In this document: piece after piece, positions 39,340 through 51,203 of the stretch
Position numbering within the stretch: the stretch's first letter is position 1
How the letters are laid out: every line of letters begins with the position of its first letter
Assembly: GCF_009834535.1 (NCBI RefSeq)
Contig: NC_045696.1
Location: 107,200,001 to 107,264,000, forward strand
Reading direction: 5' to 3'
Source of the DNA: Camelus ferus
Taxonomy: Eukaryota
Length of the DNA: 64,000 nt
Notes under the pieces: generated by a model
The model's input: only the letters and a program-made list of their open reading frames with translations
Databases searched by the model: none
What the model was told of the DNA's origin: nothing
Made by a program: the position numbers and the translations under genes

Positions 39340-42300
39340 TACTGTCAAAATCAACTTTTGCAGAACTCCAGAATCTAGTAAAAAACTTAACAAAAACTAG
39401 GGCAAGGCTTATATAAGAAAGAGACTGCTGCTCTGTAGTAAGAGAGAATTGTGGCATTTTAAGTTGCCTGCCTAACATCTCCCCAAATCAGGGGTGGCTG
39501 TGAGGACAGCAACCTGAACTCCTAATGCCGAGACAGCAACACAGTTCTTATTCACGAAGATTTGTAATTGTGGGTTTCAACCTGTCTGGCAGCTACCTGA
39601 AGGACCAGCAATAATGGCTTGCCTTGATTTCGCTTGACTTGCAGCATCCCAATGGCTAGGGTGTCTTTTGCTGAAATCATTTAATGGATGCAGCAGCCGA
39701 GGGCAAGAAACAATAACTAGGACAAAGAACAGACTGAAAACTCTGGGAAGGAAAAGTTTGAGAAAGGATATACAGAGGGTAATAAGGGCTTTTAAAAGCC
39801 CCTGTGTATACCAGAAAATCACAAAAGCCACACACATAGCCAGAGCTGGGCACATGTTCAGCAAAGACCTAAGGAGACCCTAAGATTTCACCTATGGCTG
39901 ACCTTCAAGCTGTGAAAAAGCAGTAAGTAAAGTCTACAGCAGAGTTGTAAATGGCCTGGCTAAGTAAGCATTGAAAGAGTGTTCCTTTTTCCTTTTGGTT
40001 TCAGGTGTTTAAGAAAACTCTATCAAAACACTAGCTGACCACTAAGCAAACAGAACACAGATTTCAGTAGTCACACAATGACACAGATTTCACAAAATAG
40101 TTTAGAAAAGTCACTGAACAAGCAAACAAAACAACCCAGAATAAGAAGCAACAATAAACCATAGGTACAAGATAGAATCTGATGCTGAAAGAAAAAACTG
40201 CCAATCAAGAATTCTACATCCAGCAAAACGTCCTTTAAAACTGAAGTCAAGACACTCTCAGATAAACAAAAACAGACGGAGTTTGTCACACTATACCTGT
40301 GATACCAAAAAAAAAAAAAAAAAAAAAGCTAAAGAGAGTCCTCCAGGTTGAAATGAAAGGACATTACACAGTAACTTGAAGTCATATGAAGAACAGTAGT
40401 AAAGGTAACTACATTTGTAAATATAAAAGTGAGTAGTATTGTATTTTTAGCTTTTAAGTCCTCTTTCATTCCTATATGATTGAAGATGCAAATGAGCAGA
40501 TTGTTGCATACTATTGAAGCTAAGTTTGTATTAATTCAAACTTGACTGTAAAAGTTAAGATGTTAATTGTAATCCACAGGATAATCACTAAAGAAAAACT
40601 AAATACATACTAAAAGAAATTAGAAGGGAACAAAATATACATCATTAAAAAATCAATTATAAAAGGCAGTAATAATAGAAAGGAGGAGAAAAAAGGTATA
40701 AGACATAAAAAAACAAACAGCAAAATAGCAAAAGGCATTCTTTATCAGTAATTTCTTTAAATGTTGGATTAAAAGGCAAAGATTGGCAGAATGAATTAAA
40801 AACTACAATTCAATTCTATGCTATCTGTAAGACACTCAACTCAACTTTAGATTTAAAGATGCAGACAGGTTTGAAAGTGAAAGGATAAAAAAAAGATATT
40901 CCATGAAAACGGTAACCAAAAGAGAGCAGATTTTAAGACAAAAGCTGTTGCAGGAGACAAAGAAGGACATTGTATGTTGAGGAAAAAAATAAATCTATCA
41001 AGAAGATATAACAATATAAATACATACACACCTAACAACAGAACCCAAAGACATATAATAAAGCAAAAAATGACAGAATTAAAAGCAGAAATTGACAGTT
41101 CTACAAGAGAGTTGGAACCAAACCCCTGCAGGTACCGAGGAACAAATGTACTATCCAAAGGAATGGTAATCAAAGTACCAACACCCCTTTTTTGCAGAAA
41201 TGTAAAAATTTGATCATAAAATTCACATGGAATTGCAAGGGACCCCAAATAGCCAGAACAATCTTGAAAATGGAAAACAAAGTTAGAGGACTCACACTTT
41301 CCAATTTCAAAACTTACTACAAAGCCACAGTAATCAAACCGAAAAGACAGTCTACGGATGGGAGAAAATATCTGCAAACAATGCAAATGACAAGGGCTTA
41401 ATTTCCAGAATATACAAACAGCTCATACAACTCAATAGCAACAACAACAAAAAAAACACCCAATCAAAATACAGGCAGAAGACCTACATAGACATTTCTC
41501 CAATGAAGACATACAGATGGCCAATAGGTACATGAAAAATGCTCAATATCACTAATTATCAGAGAAATGCAAATCAAAACTACAACGAGGTATCACCTCA
41601 CACCAGTCAGAATGGCCATCATTAAAAAGTCCACAAACGATAAATGCTGGAGAGGATGTGGAAATAAGGGAACCCTCCTACACTGTCGGTGGGAATGTAG
41701 TTTGGTACAGCCATACAGAAAACAGTATGGAAATTCCTTAAAAAACTAAAAATAAGACCTTTTCCATTTCCATTCTTTTTTTGCTTAGTTTTTCACCTTC
41801 AAGAGATGACATGGATTTTTTTCCGGTTAACTGTATTCATGTTTCTTAACTGTTTTGCAATACTTTCTTACTTCAATATTTCTGACCCCTCTTGAGGATT
41901 TACATGCACAACAAACTAATTTGGGAAAAGAAGGTGTTTAGGACTTGGTTCTGTAGTCGGTTCTCCACAAAATTTGAAAGTGAGGGAAATAATATTACCC
42001 TCTTAGAGTTAAATTGTAAAATTGATAAAGATATACAAGCTACTGAATCTGTACATCACCTTGGGTAGTACAGCCATTTTAACAATGTTGATTCTTCCAA
42101 TCAAAGAACATGGATTCTAAAAATAGAGTTATCATATGATCCAGCAATCCCACTTCTGGGCATATTTCCAGATAAAACCTAACTCAAAAAGATACATGCA
42201 CCCCAATGTTCATAGCAACACTATTTACAATAGCCAAGACATGGAAGCAACCTAAATGCCCACTGACAGATGAATGGATAAAGAGGATGTGGTGACACAC

Positions 42301-44205
42301 ACACAGTGGAATACTACTCAGCCATAAAAATGAAATAATGTAGTAACACAGTTGGACCTAGAGATTATCATATTAAGTGAAGTCAAACAAAGACAAATAC
42401 CATATATCACTTATACATGGAATCTGAAAAAAAAAAAAAGACACAAATGAACTTATTTACAAAACAGAAACAGACTCAAAGATACAGAAAACAAACTTAT
42501 GGTTACCGGAAGGAAAACAGGTGAAGAACGTTAAATTGGAAGTTCGGGATTTGCAGATACTAGTTATTTTCTACTATACAGAAAATAGATAAATGAGGTC
42601 CTACTGTATAACACAAGGAACTATATTCAATCTTGTAAAAACCTATAATGAAAAATAATATGAAAAGAAATATATATATAAATAACTGAATCACTATGCT
42701 GTACTACCAGAAACTAACACAACACTGTAAATCCACTATACTTCAATTAAACATAAAAAAATTTTTTTAAAGCCACAGTAATCAAAACAGTGTGGTACTG
42801 GCATAAAAGGAAGACACAAACAGACCAATGGAATAGAATCGAGAGTCCTGAAATAAACCCATACACCTATGGTCAACTAACTTTTGACTTTCACCATGAC
42901 AAGGGTGCCAAGACCATTTAGTGGGGGAAAGAATAGTCTCTTCAACAAACAGTGCTGGGACAACTGGATATCCACATGCAAAAGAATGAAGTTGGATTCC
43001 AACTTCATACCATGTACAAATATTAACTCAAAATGGATAAATGACCCAAATATAAGAGTTAAAACTTTAAAACTCTCAGAAGAAAACACAGGGAAAAGTC
43101 TTTGTGACCTTGGATTTAGCAATGGATTCTTACACTAGACACCAAAAACACAAGTAACCAAAAAAAAAAAAAAGATAAACTGTACTTTATTAAAATAAAA
43201 AACACTTGTGCAAAGGACACTATCAAGAAAGTGAAAAGACAACCTACAGAGTTAGAAAATAATATCTGAAAGTTGTAATTCTGATAAGGGTCTATATCCA
43301 CAATATATAAAGATCTCTTAGAACCCAACAACAAAAAGAAAAACAACCTGTCTCAAAAATGGGCAAAGGACTTGAATAAATAATTATCCAAGGAAGATAC
43401 ACAAATACCCCAAAAAGCACATGAAAAGATGTTCAACATCATTAGTCATTAGGGAAATGCAAATCGAAACCACAATGAAATATCACTTCACATCCTACTA
43501 GGATGGCTATAATAAAACCAAAACAAACCAAACCAAAAAAAAAAAGAAAAAAAAAAAAGTGTTGGTGGGAAATAGAGAAACAGGAATCCCCTCTTACACT
43601 ACTGGTCAAAATGTAAAACGATGTGGGAAACAGTTGATGGTTCCTCAAAATAATAAACACAGAACTACCATAATTTCACTCCTAGGTATACACCCAAAAG
43701 AAGTGAAAATAAGTATTCAAACAAATACTTGTATACAACTGTTCATAGTCTCGCTATTCACAATAACCAAAAGAAAGAAACAACCCAAATATCCATCAAC
43801 AAATGAAGGGATAAGCAAAATGTGGTATATCCATGTAATGCAATGTTATTCAGCCATAGAAGGGATGAAGTAGTGATATATACTACAACATGGATGAACC
43901 TCAAAACAGTATGCTAAGTGAAAGAAACCTGACACAAAAGGTCACATGTTGTATGATTCCATTTATATGAAATAATATAATAGAATAGGTAAATCAATAC
44001 AGACAGAAAGCAGATCAGTGGTTGCCAGGGGCTGAAGGAGAGGAGTAATGGGAGTGACTCTTTAATGGGAACGGGGTTTCCTTTTGAGGTGATGAAAATG
44101 GTTTGGAATTACATGTGATGGCTGCACAACACTGTTAATGAACCAAATACCACTGAGCTGTACTCTTTAAAATAGTTAACTTCATAACTTTTACCTCATA
44201 AAAAT
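39340..44205 (+). mobile_element. Old, internally deleted L1 (L1MB/MD-like 5' region, ORF1 end, ORF2 fragments, 3'UTR) interrupted by a younger L1
   Basis: ORF2 remnants 'IIKFTWNCKGPQIARTILK', 'SLFNKQCWDNWISTCKRMKLD' and 'LFIVSLFTITKRKKQPKYPS'; 3'UTR catggatgaacctcaaaac..tgctaagtgaaagaa. It may be more than one element. Confidence 0.85.
41339..42768 (+). mobile_element. Younger 5'-truncated L1 with an 18-bp TSD
   Basis: aaagccacagtaatcaaa at 41321-41338 and 42769-42786; ORF2 C-terminal '[28 protein letters not shown]'. Confidence 0.92.
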
Positions 44206-47200
44206 TATTTTCTTAGAAGATTCCCACATCAAATCCTTAAAGTCATTTGTCCTTTCTGCCAACACTTTCCATTTCCACTTTTCATGTGCTAGTTCAGGGC
44301 TATGTTGTTGTGCTTAAGCCTTCACTACCCTGTAACTAGTTTTTTGTTTGTTTGTTTTTAACTAATCCAATCTGTTCCACTTCAACCCATCAACCACAAC
44401 AAGAAGTTAATCTTCTTATATTATAGCTACAATCACATGACCCTATTGCTCAAAGGCCAAGAGTGGTTCTCCTGTCTGTCAAATTAAGAGAAATACTCTG
44501 CCTAGGATCTACAGCAGTCTTCAGGATGTCCTCAAGCCTTCCTTTCCAGGCTTATAGACTACTGAAAACAGCACAGACCTTGAATTAGCCTTTGGGTTCA
44601 AATCCCAGGTATGCTACTTATTAACTGTGGAGCTATTTCACTTTTCTGAGTCCAGAAATGGAAGAAACAGCACAAGAGTTTTGTAAGAACTGAATAAAAT
44701 AAAGCATAGCACACAGAGTAAATGTTAAATAAAAGCATCTTTCTATAATGCCCTGCACAGAAACTGCTCTACATTTAATAAAAATGGGCCACTTAAACCC
44801 CCTGAATTAGATGTTTCCACCTTCATGACTTAAGTTTACCTTGTTTGCTAATTTCTTCCCAAAACTTTATTAAAACTTTTGTCTCTCAAAAATCTACCCA
44901 CTCAAGAAGTGTGGGTTTTTATTATTTTAACAACTTTATTATTTTATTCACCTTCCTGCTTCGTGTTTCTCAACATCCTTCATTTCTCACCGTCACCCCC
45001 AATGACATGTAAGCTCTCCTTTTTTAAGCATCCCAGCACCTTGTACTTCTGAGGTACTTGTATGTTAGAATTTCCTGTGTTTGCCTTTTAAGCCCATCTA
45101 CTAGAGTGTAAGCTTCCAGAGAAACATTTCAATGTCTCACTCATTTTTTGCATTTCCTAGACTATTTAGAACTGTATACACAGCTGATGCTGAATAAATG
45201 TTTGTTAACTTGATTAAACTGAATACTGGTATAAGCAAATATAAAATTTTAAACCTGAAAATAAAGGCTAGTTCCAAAATGTTTTCCTTTTGATTCTGAA
45301 AAAATATAATGTCTAAGATGAATTATATACCTTGTCCAAAAAAGAGAATAAAAAGAGTTTTTAGACAGACCCAACTACTAAAGTCCCAAGTGAGAAAACA
45401 CCAGAACAACCTATTTTGATCTTTGAGGCCAGAAACAGTTCAGAGAAAGAACATAAGCTTAGAATACTTGTTTTCTACGCAACACAAAGCCCTCTGTGAT
45501 CTCTCCTGTGAGTATGACTTCATACTTGTTCAACTAATGCTACAGCTATACAAGCTCCTCAGTTACAAAAAACCTCTTACAAAAAATGCTCTTTCAAGGC
45601 TCTGAGACTTGGCACATGATGTTTTTTGCCTAAAACACTTCCCATTCTCATTCTTCAAGACTCAGTCAAAATGTCTTCTCACTGAAGATTTCTCTCTCTC
45701 TCCAAAGTCGATGTACTCCTCCTTCGTACCACTACTTTTCTCTGTAAGTATTTTTACTGTAACGATCAACACTATGTGTATTTCTTCCTGGAAATTAAAA
45801 ACCATGTTTTTAACCACCTCTTTAACTCTCTCCAGTGCCTGGCCCACATAGAGTGTTGCTGTTTATCATGTGAGTGACTAACAAATACACACATGATTGA
45901 CAGTTTGTTTTATCCCTGCTGACAGATCTCTGGGAAGGACCTATTTGTTGCCCTTCCACTGCTAAAAAACGGTCTTTCAAATCTCAGGTTATCAGTGAGA
46001 GAATAGATGTAAAAGTACTTTATTAGTATCTATTAATTTCTCAATTATGTTACAATCAGCAACAATTAGATCACTCTACAACCAGAAGGCTCCCTCAGAT
46101 CAATGTATTATCTTTTCTAAATTCCTCCCAACTTCACAGTTAGTTCATCACTATCCTCCTAATCTCAATTAGTCCTCTTTGCATCAAATATTCCCAGTCC
46201 ATTGCTTATCTGACTCTTAAGCCTTTCCCTACTCTATAGTCATAATGTGTGCACTAGGAAAATTCTAACAAAAGAGACCCTAAGTTTAACTTTCAGTTCT
46301 GCTACTGAATTGGTTAATCTGACCTTGGTCAAGTTATTTAATCTTCTTCAAACTCCAGTTTCCTTGTTTGTAAAATGGTGGTGTGTAGCAAGTACCTATC
46401 TCTGAAAATATTTGTAAAGAATTTTTTTAAGTTTATAGGAAAAACACTCAGCACACAGCAGGTACTCAACCAATGATGGTTATTATTTTCCTACCTCCTA
46501 GTGCTTCTGGCATTTACTTTTTCAAGAATACATAAACCTTTATTATCCCAATAAATAGCTGGACCAGCCAGGGTTGGGAGGGAAATACTCAAGTCTAAGC
46601 ACTGAGGATGTGCACTTTTATCATTAGCTTTGTTTAAAAACCCAAAAGCGTAGGTATAGCTTTCAATCTTCTCCTCATTCCAATCCACTAGTCTTACTTC
46701 TCTCTCTTCCTATAGCATTGTTCTCTTAACCAAAACAATGTATTATTAATTATTCAGAAGTTTTTAAGAATCTGGTTAAGCACTGTGAATACTCCTTCTT
46801 CACACGATAGTTGTCCTCTTCCTAAGGCAAATCTTTGTACCCTTTAACTATTCTTTATTAACCTGGTTTCCAAATCCTTTGATAAACTTGATGTCAGTAT
46901 TTGGAAGCATCTGAGTTTCTCAATACCATTGTTAAACTATATCAATAGTCTTGTCATGTTTTATTTAGCCAGCACACACATAAGGGAACAACTGCATCCC
47001 TTCATCTGAGCACCTCACAGATCTGAATCAATGCCATCATACAATGTGTTGAGATTTTTTTTTTAGCACCTACATCTTCACAGCAGCTCTTACTCAGTCT
47101 TCTAATCATGTAAACCATGTCAGGATAGATCCTCAGCAATTTTTTCAACTCCTTTTTAAAACTTAATGTAGAATTTTACATTAATGTCTGCCTCTATTCA

Positions 47201-48441
47201 TCTTACTTACTTCTCAGTTTTTAGCTTTCAAATTCTTTCTGAACCCACTGTAGTAGTTATGCTTTGATCAGCAGGCCTTCTTTACCTTAAGCATGTTATT
47301 TTCCCTCCATCTAAATCACAGAGTAAATAAATGTTCAGTAGAATGAGGCCTAAGAAAGTATTACTGATTCTTACTAATTCTTTAGAGAACTATAATTCTG
47401 TTCTTATGTTCCTATTTCTTCAAAACCAGTTTCTCCTTTATGGATTTTCCCCTGATTTCTATGACACATGTAAGACTGATCATTTGTTTAGCAGGACTAC
47501 AAGAGTTTCAGAGTCAGAAGGGACTTTCCAGGATCATCTAGTTTTGCCCAACTCTCCTCTTTCTCACAAACTGAGGAAAGATTAGTTATATACTCTTGGT
47601 CACATGGCTAATAAGTGGTATATCTAAGAGCAGAACTAAGGAATTCTAAATACAAATATATGATGTTCTTTCCATTGTAGGTTTTTTACTTGGATTTTTG
47701 TATTTTTATCTATTTATTTTTATGAAAAACTATTGTTTTTTAAAATTATTCTCTGCTTTATCTAAAACAATGCACCCTTTTTGTTCTCAAGGGTAGTCTG
47801 GCTACCACTAAAGGAGCACAGATATCATTTCATTCACTTTTCAAGTCCATTAAGGGAAAAGGTGGGTGAATAGCCTATTTCTAATAAGCTACAAAGCTAA
47901 ATAAATACAAATTTTGGCTTGCTGCAGGCAGTGAGGAAAGGAATATTTTGGTCACAAATCTCACATCCTGACCCCTCAAGTCTACAAATGTATAAGTTAA
48001 GAATAATTTTCAACTTTCTAAGACTCAATAGAGAGAACAGTAATTTTATATTGTATTGATGGTATATATTAAATCACTGTATCAACGATCAATATATTCT
48101 TTTTATACCACTTCCAGTTGATTACAATCAAACTTAGATATGAAATCCACTGTATCATTGATAATCAATAATAACCACCATCTACCTCCCCATCAGAATG
48201 GAAGTTCTGTGAGAGTCAGTGTTAGTTTTTCATTCTGTAAGTTTTGTCTGGCTTGCAGTAGGTAGGCTCTCAATAAAAATGTTGATAAACAAATGAATGA
48301 AAAAATAGGCTCTTCAAAAGAAAAACTAACCCCCAAAAATGAATTTAAAATTTTAACAACTCCTCAGAAAGTAAACAAAAAAGATATGTTCCAGAAGGAT
48401 TCACTTGGCCACCAAAGTTAACCAAAGAAACAAACGAGTCT

Positions 48442-50283
48442 GAGGGGCTTCAGCATGGTGGAACAGAAAGATGCAGAGCTCACCCTCTCCCACAAATACA
48501 TCAAAAATACAATTGTTCTGTGGAACAATTCTCACAGAATACCTACTGAACTGTGGCAGAAGATCTTACAGAAGTGGAGCTATAAGAAAAATTTCCATGT
48601 AACCAGGTAAGACAAAAAAAATAAATAAATAATAATTGGGACAGGACCTGCACTATGGGGAGGGAGCAGTGAAACAGTGCCCTCATCCTGGGAAGCCGTT
48701 CACCAGTGGGGAGGTCAGCCAGGAGAGAAGGGGAGCTTCAGAGGCTCAGAGAGCACAGTAGCTGCTTTGCAGCAGACAGAACAAAGAGAAACCGGCACCG
48801 AGGGTCCAGGCAGTCCCCAGCCCAGGATGCAGGGCTGCTGGTGTGTGCTACAACTGGGTGCTGAAGCTTGAGCTTCAGAGGACAGATCTGGGAAGAGGAC
48901 TGGGTTGGCTGTGTGGAGACAGTCGGAGGGGACTGGAGCGTGGTATGGGCTGAGGCTGTGAGTGTGTATAAAGAAGCCTGGGTCCACCATAAAAAACACC
49001 ACTGTTGGTGTGTACAAAGGGAGGGGCAGGACCCTGCCATAGCAGTGTCCTCATTGGCTTGCTCTGTAAGTGCAGTCACTGGTGGGTTTCCCCTAGCTGA
49101 AATCTGAGCCCATTTCCAGGGGCTGTGTGACATCGGAAATTGGGCTGAAATATGAGCCGGGTCCCAGGCAGCTCTGACTGATTTGTACCACAAATGCCTT
49201 TGTATACACAGCACTGAGGGACATCCTGAGCAGAATACTGGTGCAATGGCTGGGGTAGATCCAGCGTTAACACATGCCTGCACACCCAGAGCAGGGGATG
49301 GGGTCTGGGCTGACCCTGTAGCCCACAGTGGATCCAGGAGCGTGACTACACACAACTACAGTGGGTCCTAGTGCCTGACTTCAACAGACCTGCCCTGGTA
49401 ATTTTGTGAGCACGGCAGCTGAAGGATACCAGGGTCTACACAGACATTTCGCCAATGAAGATATATAGATGGCAAATAGCCACATGAAAAAAATGCTCAA
49501 TATTGCTAATTATCAGGAAAACTGTAAATCAAAACTACAATGAGGTTATCATCTCACATCGGTCAGAATGGTCATCATTAAAAAGTCCACAAACAATAAA
49601 TGTTGGAAAGGGTGTGGAGAAAAAGGAACCCTCCTACAGTGTTGGTCAGAATGTAATTTGGTGCAGCCACCATAGAAAAAAGTATGGAGATTCCTTTAAA
49701 AAGTAAAAGTAGACTTACCATGTGATACAGCAACCCCATTCCTGGGCATATATGAAGAGAAAACTCCAATTCGAAAAGATACATGTACCCTAATGTTTAT
49801 AGCAACACTATTTACAATGGCCAAGACATGGAAGCAACCTAAGTGTCCATCGACGGATGATCTGATAAAGAAGTTGTGGTATACATATACAAAGGAATAC
49901 TACTCAGTCATAAAAAAGAGTGAAATAATGCCATTTGCAGCAACATGGATGGAACTAGAGATTATCATACTAAGTGAAGTCAGACAAAGAAAGACAGATA
50001 TATCACTTATATGTCTTTAAAAATGACACAAATGAACATATTTACAAAACAGAAACAGATGTAAAAACATAGAAAACAAATTTATGGGAAAGTAGGGGTA
50101 GGGATAAATTAAGAGTTTGGGACTAGCAGATACAAACTACTATATACAGAACAGATAAACAACAAGGTCCCAAGCATAACAAAGGAAACTATACTCAATA
50201 GCTTTTAAGTACAATGAAAAAGAATATGCTGTACACCAGAAACTAACACAACATCGTAAATCAACTATACTTCAATTTTTTAA
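48442..50283 (+). mobile_element. L1 5'UTR-like segment fused to an L1 ORF2 C-terminus and 3' end
   Basis: A GC-richer 1-kb block begins gaggggcttcagcatggtggaa. From 49436 it is homologous to 41484 onward. It is flanked by aaa(c/a)gagtct. Confidence 0.8.
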
Positions 50284-51169
50284 AAAAGAGTCTTAATCTC
50301 AATATTTTTAAAAAAGAGTCTCAATTCCAACATTCCTTTTCAATAAAGTGCTTGCTCCCTTTACATTCTGCCCTTTCCTGGACATCTCTCGACAGGTTAC
50401 TCTGCTTCCTTAGACTCCTTATGCAGAATTCCTGTGCACAATTTCTCTGCTCATTTTTCTAGAACCACTGAGCAATTGTTCAAGGAGACCAAATCAATTT
50501 CACTGTCATATGAGCATAAAAAGCCCATCAGTATATACACAGATTAGACTCTTATTAGTAATAGTCTTACTTTATGACCCAAACTCAAAACCAATCCAAG
50601 AATTCACTATTTTTTTCAGTATTTTCATATTTTTTGTATGTAGTTTGCGCTCACAACTCATTTCAAAATGCCAAATCTCACATTTACCAAAATAGCAATT
50701 TCTTGCAATCTGATATTAAGTCAAAGCATTCTCTTTACTGGTGCTTTTATTAAACATTATCTTGTACAATGGTCCTCTGAAATCTAAGTAAAAAGCACTA
50801 AAAACAGTATCATGTGACTTCAAATATTGAGGGTGAAGGAATCTGCTCACTTTATCTTTTTTCTCATATTTTTAAAGTTTACAATTTAATTCACTTCAAA
50901 TACCTATGTTAAGTTCAAAGAACTAATTGCAACAAGCTCGATTATTTATATCCTCTTCTTATTTGTAACTTAAACACCGATACAAAAACATTTTTAAACT
51001 ATTTTACTTATCAAGTCAAAGCTATTACTATTTGATGTATCACCAATCACTTAGCTTGTTTCATAAACAACATAAAGCACCAGTCTTTATAAGTCCACCA
51101 TGTTCTCTCCATATAGTTTTCCTTTAAATTCATAAAGGTGAAATAGATTTAATAAACAGATTAACTTAC

Positions 51170-51203
51170 TGAAAAAATCTTTAAAGACGTTTAGCCAATC
51201 CAT
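51170..51203 (-). CDS. NCK1: NCK1 alternative coding first exon (MDWLNVFKDFF-S), giving a 313-aa isoform without SH3-1
   Basis: The minus strand reads cagaATGGATTGGCTAAACGTCTTTAAAGATTTTTTCA|gtaagtt: strong Kozak, consensus donor, 34 nt, phase 1. It joins the 37508 exon in frame (34+713+195=942 nt). It matches my recollection of the human NCK1 isoform 2 N-terminus. Confidence 0.9.

Noticed and set aside
40853..43873. Several ORFs with L1 ORF2-like peptides
   Set aside because: They are frameshifted and stop-ridden L1 remnants, not genes or an active element.
48738..49355. 205-aa antisense ORF in the L1 5'UTR-like block (ORF0 analogue?)
   Set aside because: It has a non-ATG start in GC-richer repeat sequence where long open frames occur on both strands, and there is no similarity evidence.
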